DNA from: Eledone cirrhosa
Lineage: Eukaryota
Length of the DNA stretch: 64,000 bases
Direction: 5' to 3'
NCBI GenBank assembly: GCA_964016885.1
Contig: OZ024744.1
Span: 96,472,001-96,536,000 of the forward strand
Positions 41,960 through 56,512 of this stretch are shown here, piece by piece. The position numbers and the translations under genes are program-made. Under the pieces are notes generated by a model, which was not told the origin of the DNA, did not search any database, and saw only the letters and a list, made by a program, of their open reading frames with translations. Every line of letters begins with the position of its first letter. Position 1 is the stretch's first letter.

Positions 41960-43620
41960 AAGTAGCACTCTACAGTTTGTAGGACTGGAGTATAAATAAT
42001 ATAAGGTTATAACTGATACCAATTCCTTTACCTATTTCGGTTCCACTTCCACCTCCTTCAAAGCGAGATTTTATAATCACAATTCGTCTTTTAGATACCA
42101 ACTTAAAAGAACTAACACGGCACTCTCAGAACTCATGTGGTCCTTGAAAGACAAAAAATATTAACTATAACATCTCTTGGGGGAAAGTTTGTTCTGCCTC
42201 TCCCTACTTGAATGCCTCCCTATCCAGAACGTGTAATCTTTGCCTATCTGAGAAATTTACCATTATATCTAATTTAGATTCTATAATAAATAGACGCACT
42301 GATTTATTTTCTCTCTGCTTGCATAAATTCCACAGAACATTCCATAAAGTATACAGCTAATATCTAATACTTTACTAGTTTAAAATCCTTTTTCTCAAAG
42401 GCTTATATATATATTTTTTAAATATACCCATCTTTCTACCTTATTTCAATATTATTTATTATATATTATATAATACAAGTTACTCATTCTATATCATTCC
42501 TCTTTATCACCTTCCTTTCTTCCTCTTTTCTTTTTCTTTTTAATTTCTAACCTCTAATCTATACTTTTTCTTCCTAACTACTTCTCAATTCTTATTATTA
42601 CTCACCACAACATATCCACTCTTCCATCTTTCTTCATATCATTGGCCATAAAAATTATTATTATCTTTTAAATACATTATAGTATTACCTTTAATAGTCC
42701 TTCATAAACATAAACATTTTTTGACGTTAGATTTTTCTTCCTTAAGTTACTTAACTCTTCCTTTCATGCTCGTTTGACTTTTACATATTACATATTACAA
42801 TACATAAAGACAAACTTAAACCCTAACTATTTTCCTTTAATATATTATATTATTACCATTAGAAAATATTTCGTAAACATATATTTTGATGTTAGATTTT
42901 TTTCTTCCTTAAACATTCTTTTCTTCTTTGCTTTCTGCGCTCATTTGTAAACAAACTATTTACATATATTACGTACACATATTACATTACATAAAAACAA
43001 ACTTAAACACTAAATAATTCCTCTAAATTCATAACTCATCCACTCTTCTACTTCTTTTCACAGTATGTCCTTAATAACATTAATATTTTTATTTTAATAA
43101 TACATATTAACAATTTCTTTTCCTCGCATATATTATTAAACCCTATATACAAACCTTAATTTAATATTATTCTTAACCCCTTTTTCCCTTCATCAACTTT
43201 TAATTTCAAATTCTTTTAAATTATCTATTATCTTCCAACGGCTTTTTAACTTCTCTCTGTGAGACAATATATATTTTTTCTCAGTTGTAAAGGCTATCTC
43301 TCTCTCTCTATCACCCATCTCTCCTCCTCTCTCATCCTTCCTTCTTATACTCCTCCCCCACCATTCTTTACTCTCATCTCCTCCTCTTCCTAACCCTTTA
43401 CAACCCCCCCCCCTCACTTTTTTCACAATCTCACACATCAATCTTAAATTATTTTTCATATATTGATTTAAAACTTCACTATTCACAAGTGTTTTTTAAG
43501 CTTCATATCATGTTATCCCTATTTTATCTGATGAAAACGCAGATATCATCTCATGATGATATTTGTTTTTGAAATGCGCATAATAAAATACTTGGAACTC
43601 TTTTAACCATCTTTTGATCT
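41960..43620 (+). mobile_element. Decayed Penelope-like element (PLE) 3' part: GIY-YIG endonuclease remnant, long 3' region and terminal hammerhead
   Basis: Manual translation from about 42000: YKVITDTNSFTYFGSTSTSFKARFYNHNSSFRYQLKRTNTALSELMWSLKD, frameshift, then SPYLNASLSRTCNLCLSEKFTIISNLDSIINRRTDLFSLCLHKFHRTF...* (stop at 42360). These are PLE endonuclease motifs. HHR at 43520-43590, then (TA)n. Confidence 0.8.
43520..43590 (+). ncRNA. Type I hammerhead ribozyme motif at the PLE 3' end
   Basis: tattttat CTGATGA long stem II (cagatatcatc/gatgatatttg) GAAA TGCGCA TA ataaaata. 8-bp stem I and palindromic stem III. Confidence 0.85.
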
Positions 43621-43936
43621 TATATTATATATATATATATACATATATATATACACATATATATATATATATATGTAGAGATTATATTTAATTTGTTGTG
43701 ATACAACAAGCAAAATATTTTTATAACTGATATAAAGCACTCAACAAATTATTGGAGTAAATATACAATATATTAACAAATGGAAACTATATTTATAAAA
43801 CCATATTTATTTCATTATACATATTTCAAGGGCCACCAGAGCAAACTATGGTGCGCTTTCATCAGGAGATTCCAACCAGAATGGTTGCATTTTTTAAGGG
43901 TATGTTAATATTTATTTATAAAACTAAACTATATTA

Positions 43937-44002
43937 TATTTTATCTGATGAAAGCGTACCACAGTTTGCTCTGCTGGCCCTTGAAATATGTATAATAAAA
44001 TA
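43937..44002 (+). ncRNA. Type I hammerhead motif; the inverted copy at 43801-43866 lacks stem I
   Basis: tattttat CTGATGA aag...ctt GAAA tatgta TA ataaaata. Confidence 0.78.
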
Positions 44003-44753
44003 AATATGGTTTTATAAATATAGTTTCCATTTGTTAATATATTGTATATATATATATATATATATATATGAAAATGTTTAAACCCGACGGCAGAACTCAT
44101 GCCGTTTCGACGGCTATTTCTGGACTCCACATTTTCATATTCCCACTCTACTACCCTAAGTATTGAGTACTCTGGTGCGTTATGGTCCATCTGGTTCCTT
44201 ACCTCACTTCCTTCGTTATATATAGATATATAGATATACATATGATGGCTGCAAACTCGTGTTCGAGCATTGCCATCGCCTGATAAAATGCTCAAAAATG
44301 TGAGGCATGAATGTGGCTCTTTAATCCAGGCAAAGACTTGCACCCTCTGGTACATATATGACAACTATTGGCTCCTTCGGGATTTTCCATTGCTTTGTTT
44401 GGCTGTGTATCTCATGTGTCTGTTAAGCCCTCCCATGCTAGCACAAGACTGAGTAGTCATGTTGCCAATAAGAAACACACACACCAATAGCTTTCACTCC
44501 AATTTATTATAAATTAAATTATAAATTTAAAAACATTTTATAAATTTTCGGTTGGTTGGTTGGTTCCACAACCGAACGGTTGTTCATATATTGTCAACCG
44601 GAAATTTATTATTTTTTTTTTAAATTTATAATTTAATTTATAATAAATTGAAGTGAAAGCAACTGGTGCGTGTGTTCCTTATTGGCAACATGACCCTCCC
44701 AAAGTATAACAATATCGGTTTCAACACAAGTTTGCTAAACAAATTCAGAAACG

Positions 44754-44791
<38 letters not shown>

Positions 44792-45020
44792 ATAATAATA
44801 AATTTGAAGACTAAAATCCAAAGAGGGCTCGATAAGGATTTGTTAGTTTCAGAAGATCCCGTTAAGGGTGAAAGCAGCGATTCTTGGCTATAAACTTTAA
44901 TCTGTTATTTTAATAAATATTTGCTCTAGGGTTCTTATATATTTGATATATATTTATCCTTATCGAGCCCTCTTTGGATTTTAGTCTTCAAATTTATTAT
45001 TATTACTATATATATATATA

Positions 45021-45377
<357 letters not shown>

Positions 45378-45739
45378 CATGCATATCATTCTTTTGTTAA
45401 ATGGTGTCTATTATGTAGGATCGCTAACTTATGTCTACTAGCTCAGACGGATTACAAACACTACCAACCATGACGAAGTGCCTTTCAATGTTCGCCAAGA
45501 TAACCCGATACTGCGCTTGTCGATGTACAAACATATAACCATGACTCATAATTGCCTTAACTTAAACGCAAACAAATCAACCAAACGAACGCTGTCCACG
45601 ATCTCAAGGAAAAGAAATCCATAAACCCAAACTCAACCTGATTCACAACAACATACACACCATACTGGGCATAACGTAAAACCAGTCACATCCTTCATAA
45701 CTATACCTCGAAACACCACCAGTGTGTATCAACACACAT

Positions 45740-45770
<31 letters not shown>

Positions 45771-45792
45771 TTGACACACACTGACACACACT

Positions 45793-45859
<67 letters not shown>

Positions 45860-45913
45860 ACACATTGACACACACTGACACACACACACACACACACACC
45901 CACACACACACAC

Positions 45914-45951
<38 letters not shown>

Positions 45952-45982
45952 GGATATATATATATATGTGTGTGTGTGAGTG

Positions 45983-46024
<42 letters not shown>

Positions 46025-46704
46025 CATATCTATGCATAAATTTGTTGGTATTTCATATAGCTACTTCTTACTTGTGTTAAGTACATACATATATACATGA
46101 TGATGATGGCTGTGTCCCCCTCGTTATCGAGTGTGGCCATTGCACGATATACCATTATTAATAATTATCAATTAATGCCATCGTGCAATGCCTGTACGTG
46201 AAGATATTTTTTAAAGTGGGGAAAGAGCCAATCCCAGTCTCTGAGCGACAGTAGCTATAACGCTAAAAGAAGAAAACATCAACATCATCGGTAACTACTG
46301 AGCCGCAGGTTTTATATCAGAGTTATCCCAGTTTCCTGAGTTTCCATCTCCTAGAAGAATGTTCTGACAAAGGCTACGGGTCCTTCACTCCCAGTGGTTT
46401 AACCTCGTGATCGGGTATCCAGCCCGATTATTTCTATGTACCCGTGCATATACATACATATGTACATGTGTATACACATTTTACACATTTTTGTATGACC
46501 GTTGACTCTTATGAGTTCTTCCGCCCTTTATGAAGCCTGCAAACTCTGCGAAAGGTATTGCAATCGCTTGACAGATTACACATACATACATGCATACATA
46601 CATAGATACATACATACACACATACATACATACATACATACATACATACATACATACATACATACATACATACATACATACATACATACATACATACATA
46701 CATA

Positions 46705-47284
46705 CTACCTCCCCATGAGACACGATGGGATAGCTAGAACCATCTGGAACGCACTTCGGAAAACAAAATTAACAACAAACGAGGAAGAATATATTGAGAC
46801 AGATGGCACTAAGGAATACTGGTGGAACCTGAAAATAAAAACTGCCACCAAATTAAAGCACAACCGGCCTGATATTGTAGTTTGGGACCACACATTGAAA
46901 ACGTGTTCTGTTGTGGAGATCAGCTGCCCACTTGATATAAACGTTGTCAGAAAAATACAGTAGAAGGAGGACATCTACGGACCATTGATGAGGAGTTTAC
47001 AAATCCAGTATCCAAGATACACCTTTAGCTTCATACCCATCATTATTGGTGCTACGGGTTATATACCAACCCACTTGGACCAAAGTATGACTGAACTTGG
47101 ATTTGCGGACAAAAAGCGCAGCTCCCTAATTCATAGTCTACAAATGGCTGCGATAGCTGGCACCTTCAAAATTTGCAAAACATTCTTGCGATTCAAGGGA
47201 TGACAATTTCTTTTCTTTTACAACCTTGCCACCAGGAAGGTGGCCGGTCAAAAAAATATACTCGAAATTAAGAGAAAGAGAAAA
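46705..47284 (+). mobile_element. RLE LINE family C (R4/Dong-like) 3' fragment embedded in (TACA)n
   Basis: YYLPMRHD..HNRPDIVVWD..VVEISCP..IPIIIGATG, with (TACA)n on both sides. Confidence 0.82.
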
Positions 47285-47402
47285 CATACATACATACATA
47301 CATACATACATACATACATACATACATACATACATACATACATACATACATACATACATACATACATACTACATACATCCATCCATTCATACATATATAC
47401 AT

Positions 47403-47978
47403 GGTGGCTGCCAACTCGTTTTCGAGTACGGCTACTACTTTGGATCCATGTAGGAGAACCCCTACCGATGCGCTGAACAAGTGTGACTTTTTAGTCCAGC
47501 CAGCGACTTGAAAACTCTGGTACAAACACTACACTTGTGACAATTATTGACACATAGTGCTGGGCCCATGGTACCATGTGACGACAAGTGCAGAGAGATC
47601 TCCAGATATAAAGCAATGCCTGTGCCTTGAAGCTTTTATAGTGAACAAAGGCACTGCACAAAGCCAGTCCCACTCTCTTAACCAAGATGATATTTACCAA
47701 AAAGAAGAACAAGTCAACATCATTGGATACCATCAGGGTTGCAGGTGTTATATCAGAGTTTTCCTTCTCCTAGAATTCTGCCTTGACAAAGGCTAAGGGG
47801 TCATCTTTCCCGGAGATTTTGGATGGCTCCTTTGCCCTTTGACAGGTTTTGTTTTTAGTCCTGCAGGATGTCCAAAGTCACCCTCCTCACCAAGAAACCT
47901 TGGTGGGGTTGCCAGTTTAGTCGCCAACGACCCGACCATGGGACAGGTTGTACTGGGATACATGTTACCAGTAGCACC
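47403..47978 (-). mobile_element. Inverted copy of the 12800-13385 repeat
   Basis: Near-identical reverse complement; the ORF track shows matching spurious translations. Confidence 0.8.
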
Positions 47979-48389
47979 AACTATATACATATATACAGAC
48001 ATACATACATATATACATACACATATAAAGTAAAATCAATCACAGCCTTCAAAATTATATCACTCCCAGTATATCAACAACCTAGCCTAAACCAATTACT
48101 GGTATGTGGGGTCATATACATCATCGGGATGCAGTTGATTATGTTGTTTCAATTTTATTTGTGGACTGAGGAGCACAACATCTACCAGGAGAAACCTAAA
48201 AAATAATTTTTTATACTTTTGGCACAAGGCCAACACATATCTCAGTGTATTACTGGTACTTTATTTTATCGACCCCGTAAGGATGAAAACCGGCAAAAAA
48301 CTTGCATTAGAACTAAAAAAGAAAGAGAATTAATGTTTTTATGGAGTTTCTCACTTTTTCATTTTTAATTTTTAATTTTTGCAATTTTC

Positions 48390-48855
48390 TTCTTATTATT
48401 ATTCTTATTCTTATTATTATTCTTGAGAGGGTCGTGGGGTCAGAGTCCTCAAACACTCCTTCCAGCAGGTCCCGAGACAAGCAACCGCCTCCAACTGATC
48501 CTGCTGGATCCTCAAGCGAAACCAGCCAAGCTCATTGATGTTATCCAACCATCTTGCTCAATGTCTACACCTGGGTCACCTCCCAGTTGATTTTGCCTAT
48601 AAAATCTATCCAGCGATACTTTCCCGAGACATTCTAACCACATGTCCATAGTATTGGAGCTGTGATCTCTCAATTTGAAAAAGTAGTGGCTCTACCTGGA
48701 GTGACTCCAGCGATACTTTCCCGAGACATTCTAACCAAATGGCTATAGTATTGGAGCTGTGATCTCTCATTTGAAGAAGTAGCGGCTCTACCTGGAGTGA
48801 CTCCAGTGATACTTTCCCGAGACATTCTAACCACATGTCCATAGTATTGGAGCCT
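48390..48855 (-). mobile_element. RTE-type LINE 3' fragment with an internal ~96-bp tandem triplication
   Basis: LQVEPLLFQIERSQLQYYGHVVRM. Repeated unit ccagcgatactttcccgagacattctaacc. (AATAAG)-type tail. Confidence 0.65.
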
Positions 48856-49312
48856 GTAGAATATTCATTTTTTCTATCTTTGTTATATAATTTGTCTACT
48901 TTATTAAAGTAAGAAATACTGACGGGGCATTACAGTGAAATATATATGCAGCATTACTTGCGAAATATATTAGGCATGGCTGGGGAGCTAAAATATAATG
49001 TGTTTTGACTGGATTTCAATAGTGGATTCCCACCTGAATTGTGGTTGGGTAACACTCAATATTTTTATGCTTTACTTATATCAAGCCTTGTATTAATTAT
49101 TGTGTTTTATAATAATTTCATACTTATTTCACGTTTTATCAAGTAAAATTTCCTGCTGTGTAACGTCTTTGCCTCTATTCTCATTTTTATATAACATTGT
49201 CTGTCCAAACCAAGATGTATGGAAATCCACTATTTTTATAATGATTACTGTATTCTATGTACAGGCTCTTGGCTCTTATGGCTAATAAAGAAATCATTTT
49301 TAAAGCGAGTTA

Positions 49313-50382
49313 AAGGGCAGTGGATTGGCAGAATCGGTAGACCGTCGGACAACATGATTAGCGGCATAGAGTTATGGCTTTTTACGTTCTGAGTTCAAAT
49401 CTCACCGAGGTTAGCTTTGCCTTTCATCCTTACGGGGTCAATAAAATAACGCACTAGAAATGCACTGGTGTCGATTTAATAGACCTTCCCACACCCCCAA
49501 AAAATTGTTGGCCTTGCGTTTAAATCAGAAACCATTATTAAAGTGCCTTTTAAGGGCGGTTGACTGTCAGATTCGTTATATAAATCTGGTAACACAATCT
49601 GTATTTGCAATTTTTATATCGATTCTGACGCTGATTGCGGTTGACTATATATAAAAAAAAAAAAAAAAAAATGCACCCAAAACAAATATGCATAAAGGAT
49701 GGACTACAAACTTTAATAGCTGTTCGTTTTTATTTTATGATTATTTTTTATTTTTATTTTACACTTTTAGTTTCTTTAGAGATTGCGAGTAAGTGTTTAT
49801 ATATTTATATTTTTATATTTGTTACTTGCTTGTTTCCTTTCTTTTTTTTTTTTTTTTTTTTTTTTTTTCATGTGCTATATATCGTTTGTCACATTAACCT
49901 GCTCCATGTACAGGTTTCTCTTTTTGATATTCTGTTGCTATACCTGGCAACATTGTTGCTGACAAGTTGGGTGCTTAAAACGCTTGCATATTATTAATAA
50001 GTATTGGTGGATTGGCAGTATCGGTAGAGGGTCGGACGCCATGCTTTGACGCATAGAGTTACGTCCCTTGCCATTCTGAGTTCAAATCCCGCCGAGGTTA
50101 ACTTTGCCTTTCATCCTTACGGGGTCGATAAAATAAAGTACCAGTAATGCACTGGGTAATTGCTGGCCTTGTGCCAAAAGTAGAAACAATTATTTCTTTA
50201 TTGGCAGTAACGGTAGAGGGTCGGACGCCATGCTTTGCAGCGTAGTTACGTCCCTTTACAGACTGAGTTCAAATCCCGCCGAAGTTAACTTTGCCTTTCA
50301 TCCTTATGGGGTCGATAAAATAAAGTACCAGTAATACACTGGAATAATTGCTGGCCTTGTGCCAAAAGTAGAAACAATTATT
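49313..50382 (+). mobile_element. Three SINE copies (49313-49540, 50005-50192, 50200-50382)
   Basis: Consensus match. Confidence 0.85.
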
Positions 50383-51043
50383 TCTTTAAGCTACCCTAAA
50401 TTTTACCTAATCACAGTGAAGTTATAAGATTAATATTTCATGCTTCTATCTATGTATGTATATATATATATGTATGTGTATATATATGTGTGTATGTATT
50501 TATATATATATATAGCATTCCTATATGATTTCCCCTTCGCTGTGACCTGTCTTTTTCTTCTCTTACTGCTATCCTCTTTCTCTCTCACCCTTCTCTCTCT
50601 TTCTCCCCCTTACTTTCACTCACCCCTTCTGCTAGTCACCCTCTCTCGGCTAACCTCTTCCTCACACTTTCACTCACTCACTCTCTGCTACTCACCCTCT
50701 CTCTCACTTCCTCCATCATCCCACACTGTACGATACTCTTTCCTCGCTCACCTTCGCACGGCCAAGATGTGTCTTTGCCTTCTCGTCAATATTCGCAAGT
50801 TCTTATGTTCAAAATGAATTATTGACTTGATTTTCCCATTTTTTCCTCTCTTTACGTTGCCTCACCATTTGTGTTTGTTTACCTGTCTCTCTTTCTCCAC
50901 CCAATTCTTTTTATCGCAATAACTTATTTTAGTTATTGTATCGCCCTAGCTGGAGGTATATTGTCTGTAATGCGAAGAAATGCCTATGATGTCTAGTAGA
51001 CCTCTGATGACCGATATTCCTGGCTTCTATTTCTAATTCTTCA

Positions 51044-51108
<65 letters not shown>

Positions 51109-51213
51109 TAAAAAGGAAAAGAAAATGGTGGCAGATTTTTTTTCCAGTGAAAAATAGTTTAATTAGGAATAAATATAAATTAGTGATAAGTAATGGTTAG
51201 ATTTCAGTGTTAG

Positions 51214-51295
<82 letters not shown>

Positions 51296-51325
51296 TATGT
51301 ATATATGTATATATATATATGTATG

Positions 51326-51366
<41 letters not shown>

Positions 51367-51750
51367 ATATATAAATATATAAATATATATATATGTATAT
51401 ACAAACAAATTATAAACGTAAACATGTAAGTATGTTTTTGAAACGGTGCGCGAGTTTGAAATTAGAAATTAGAAATTATAAGCTTTCACCGTATTTTAGA
51501 CTAAAGAAATTTCTAGCCTGATAGTGGGGTTTATAACCCTCGGAGAAATGGAAAAAGATGAGTTTTGCCGTAACAATTCATAGAAAAAGAAATATACATA
51601 AAAAAAATAATACAAAGAATTTTTCTTTCGCTGAATTCTTTTGTGAATACATATTTCACACAGAAGATAACTGCAAAGAATATAGTATGAGATGGTAGCA
51701 GAAGAAAAGCTTTAAATAATGTGTGACTTGAACAGTAATGATGAAATATA

Positions 51751-51808
<58 letters not shown>

Positions 51809-52081
51809 GTATATATATATATGTATGTATATATATATATATATATGTATGTATATGTATAGATCTATGTATATATATATATATTTCGTTTCTGAATTTG
51901 TTTAGCAAGATTCTTTATCTGAAAACGTGTGTTGAAACCGATATTGTTATACTTTGGGAGGGTCATGTTGCCAATAAGAAACACACGCACCAGTTGCCTT
52001 CACTTCAATTTATTATAATACATTGAAGTGAAAGCACTGGTGCGTGTGTTTCTTATTGGCAATATGACCCTCCCAAAGTAT

Positions 52082-52133
<52 letters not shown>

Positions 52134-52275
52134 TAAATCATGTCTTTAGAATCATCAGATAAAATATATACTATTTCATTTCTTCTTCTAATTAGCATAA
52201 TTAACCATATAAAAAATCAATTAGAACAAGCTATAAGAATAAATGCTCTTATGGAGAAATCTCCGACAAATAACC

Positions 52276-52316
<41 letters not shown>

Positions 52317-52745
52317 TGTATGAATGAAAATAGAGAAATTAATGTGAGCAAGAGGCCAAAAGTAATTCATACATATAAGTGACTATTACGTCAAGATGGA
52401 AAATATTTAATGTAAGATATGGGAAAATAATTCAATCCCAAATATATATATATGTATGATTATATATTTATATATGTATGCATATATATATATATATGTA
52501 GTATATATATATATATGCATGTATGTATATATATATATGTATATATATATATGTGTATGTATATGTATATATATATATGTGTATGTATATGTATGTGTGT
52601 ATGTATATATATGTGTGTATGTGTGTATGTATATGTGTATATATGTATGTATATATATATATATATACATGTATGTATCTATGTATATATGTATGTATCT
52701 ATGTATATGTATATATGTATATATGTATATATGTATTTATATATG

Positions 52746-52788
<43 letters not shown>

Positions 52789-53014
52789 GTCTGTCTGTAT
52801 GTATGTGTATGTATATATATGTATGTATATACATATATGTATGTATATAATATGTGTATGTATATGTATATATATATATGTGTATGTATGTTTATGTATA
52901 TGTATGTGTGTATGTATATATATATGTATATATATGTGTGTATATGTGTATGTATATTTGTATATATGTGTGTATGTGTGTATGTGTGTATGTATATGCG
53001 TATATATGTATGTA

Positions 53015-53056
<42 letters not shown>

Positions 53057-53057
<1 letters not shown>

Positions 53058-54540
53058 TTTCTCTTTCTCTTAATTTCGAGTATATTTTTTTGACCGGCCA
53101 CCCTCCTGGTGGCAAGGTTGTAAAGGAAAAGAAATTGTCATCCCTTGAATCGCAAGAATGTTTTGCAAATTTTTAAGGTGCCAGCTATCGCAGCCATTTG
53201 TAGACTATGAATTAGGGAGCTGCGCTTTTTGTCCACAAATCCAAGTTCAGTCATACTTTGGTCCAAGCGGGTTGGTATATAACCCGTAGCTCCAATAATG
53301 ATGGGTATGAAGTTAAAGGTGTATCTTGGATACTGGATTTGTAAACTCCTCATCAATGGTCCGTAGATGTCCCCCTTCTCTTGTATTTATCTGACAACGT
53401 TTACATCAAGTGGGCAGCTGATCTCCACAACAGAACACGTTTTCAACTATGTATGTATGTATGTATGTTTTCTCTTTCTCTTAATTTCGAGTATATTTTT
53501 TTTTGACCGGCCACCTTCCTGGTGGCAAGGTTGTAAAAGAAAAGAAATTGTCATCCCTTGAATCGCAAGAATGTTTTGCATATTTTGAAGGTGCCAGCTA
53601 TCGCAGCCATTTGTAGACTATGAATTAGGGAGCTGCGCTTTTTGTCCGCAAATCCAAGTTCGGTCATACTTTGGTCCAAGCGGGTTGGTATATAACCCGT
53701 AGCACCAATAATGATGGGTATGAAGCTAAAGGTGTATCTTGGATACTGGATTTGTAAGCTCCTCATCAATGGTCCGTAGATGTCCTCCTTCTCCTGTATT
53801 TTTCTGACAACGTTTACATCAAGTGGGCAGCTGATCTCCACAACAGAACACGTTTTCAATGTATGGTCCCAAACTACAATATCAGGCCGGTTGTGCTTTA
53901 ATTTGGTGGCAGTTTTTATTTTCAGGTTCCACCAGTATTCCTTAGTGCCATCTGTCTCAATATATTCTTCCTCGTTTGTTGTTAATTTTGTTTTCAGAAG
54001 TGCGTTCCAGATAGTTCTAGCTATCCCATCGTGTCTCATGGGGAGGTAGTAGCGAGATGACATTCTTTCGCAGCTGGCAACAATGTGGCTTACATCCTCG
54101 ATCTTTGTTTTACATAGCCTACATTTATTGTCAGCTGCTGGCCCTCCTCTTTCGTGCAGCAGATATTTGGTAGGGAGTTCTTGATCCTGTATTGCATAGA
54201 GATATCCCTCAAGGTGTGATGTCATAAACTTGTCGGAACTCCATGCCAGGCTTTTTGAGTGGTTTATCCCCTCTATGGTCTGTGTTTTACGCCTCAAGTA
54301 TCCATGCACAACTTTCTCTGTAAATTGGTCAATTTTTTCATCTTGTTTGAACATTGAATAGGATCTTCCGATTTCTCTGGGTGAGAGATTTATATCAGGC
54401 TTTATTCCATATCTCTCCTCCAGATCAGTCGCTATTCTAATGATATTTCTTTTTTCATGCTCATAAACCTGAGCAAGATGGTCGCCAACCTTTTTCCTCT
54501 GTTGAAGGTGTTGCTTCAGTGTTACTATCCGGGTCTCATA
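53057..54540 (-). mobile_element. Two tandem family C RLE LINE copies (53057-53446 and 53467-54540)
   Basis: ORF 53551-54354 has CRLCKTKIEDVSHIVASC, RHD and HNRPD..E..EKEDIY. Near-identical to 46705-47284. The copies are separated and flanked by (TATG)n. Confidence 0.85.
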
Positions 54541-55569
54541 TGTTGTTAATATTGATTTTAGATGTATGTATGTATGTATGTATGTATGTATGTATGTATG
54601 TATGTATGTATGTATGTATGTATGTATGTATGTATGTATGTATGTATGTATGTATGTATGTGTGCATGTATGTGTGTATGTTTGTATGTATGTGTGTGTG
54701 TGTGTGTATGTATATATGAATGTATGTATGTTCTTCTGGTTTTATAATTTCACAAAGTTTTACCAATTGAGAGAGAGTCGGTTTCTAACATAGACACAAG
54801 ACTCTCTCATATGTGTGGATATGTATGTTTTGAGTTGTATGTGTGCATGTGTATATGCTTTGTATTTGTACATATCTATATGTAGTATGTATGCATGCGG
54901 GATGAAATACAAAACCCGGGAAAGAGTGGAGGAACTCAGCAGAGCGAACGGCCATTCAAATAATAGTTTGTTTTTTTTTCACCTGGGAGTAAAAGGTCCC
55001 CAGTTGTTGTCACAACAACATTCTAGGAGAGGGAAACTCTGAAAAAATAAAACACCTGCGGCTTCAGAAGCATCTGATGATGTTGACCAGTTCTTCTTTT
55101 CGGGTAGTGTTTTCGAAGCTCAGGTAGTGGGATTGGCCAAGTGCAATGTCTTTCCCCACTTAAAAAACCCCTTCAAAGCACAGGCATTGCTTGTTCAAGG
55201 TATGTTACAGGTTCGTGTGGCTGGCCGTAGCCTAAAGATTTACTGAACTCTATAACCTGACACGCTACTGCAATAATCTTAGCTTGTTGGGGCTTGTCAG
55301 CTCTCAAGGTCTTAACACAGCAGATATCTTCCAGAAAACGAAAGAATGAGAATGATAGAAAGGAGGAGAGAAAGATATAGAGGAAGAATCGATCCCAATA
55401 CTGAACTGGTACATTTTTTTTTATCGACCTTGATAAAAGAGAGCAGAGAGCCGGAACGAACGCTGCAACACATTCTATTCCGACATCGCAACGATTCTGC
55501 TAATTCACCCGGCCTTCTACGCCAGTAATGTATGTCAAGAAAAGCTACAAATCGAAAATATTTATGTTA

Positions 55570-56512
55570 TTTCAGTATCGGTAGAGGGTCGGACGCCAAA
55601 GAGTTACGGCCCTTTATGGTCTGAGTTCAAATCCCGCCGAGGTTAACTTTGCCTTTCATCCTTACGGGGTCGTTAAAATAAAGTACCAGTAACGCACTGG
55701 AATAATTGCTGGCCTTGTGCCAAAAGTAGAAACAGTTATTTGCTTTAGCAATATGGTAGTAAGACCTATCTATGTTCATGGTGATCGTAGTTCAATGAAA
55801 TTTTCAATAATTAATTGAAGTGAATTCTATTTCTGTACTTCATTTAGGTTCTTGAAAAGGAGATGAAAATTTCATTAGCTCTCTAGTGTCTTTCAATGTA
55901 TGACGTTCTGTATAAGTGAGAAATCATTAATATATTTTATCCGGTTTCTCTTTCTGATTAGAATAATTTCACTTAGAGAGAAGCCTAAAAGTCACAGCCT
56001 CCAATTTTCTGATACTCATGCTTCCTGCCTTTGATAAAAGCGATTCATGAGTTTTAATTTTAAAAATACAAGCCCCATCCCACATAGTTTAAACAAAGTT
56101 GAACCTGGATACGAATTGTTCAGTTTTATCATATGAAGCTTAAAAAAGGCGGTGGATGGGCAGAATCGGTAGAGCGTCGGACAACATGCTTTGCGGCATG
56201 GTGTTATCTCCCGCTACGTTCTGAGTTTAAATCCCACCGAGGTTAGCTTTGCCTTTCATTCTAACAGCGTCAGTAAAATAAAGTACCAGTAATGCACTAG
56301 GGTCGATTTAATCGATTTTGCGCCTCCACTTCAAATTGCTGGCCTTGAGCCTAAAGTAGAAACAATTATTTTTTAGTTTTAGAGTAAAAAAGACAACTCA
56401 AAACTATAGTTCTAAAGAAGTTGAAACTGCGTGAGAATTGTTCAGTTTTATCATATGGTGGATTGGCAGAATCAGTAGAGCGTCGGACAACATATTTTCT
56501 GGCATAGAGTTA
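55570..56512 (+). mobile_element. SINE copies (55570-55740, 56147-56368, partial 56456-56512)
   Basis: Consensus match. Confidence 0.8.

Noticed and set aside
51915-51945. ctgaaaa..gaaaccgata as a hammerhead
   Set aside because: Mutated core and no stem I; the better HHR candidate for this family is on the other strand (12119).
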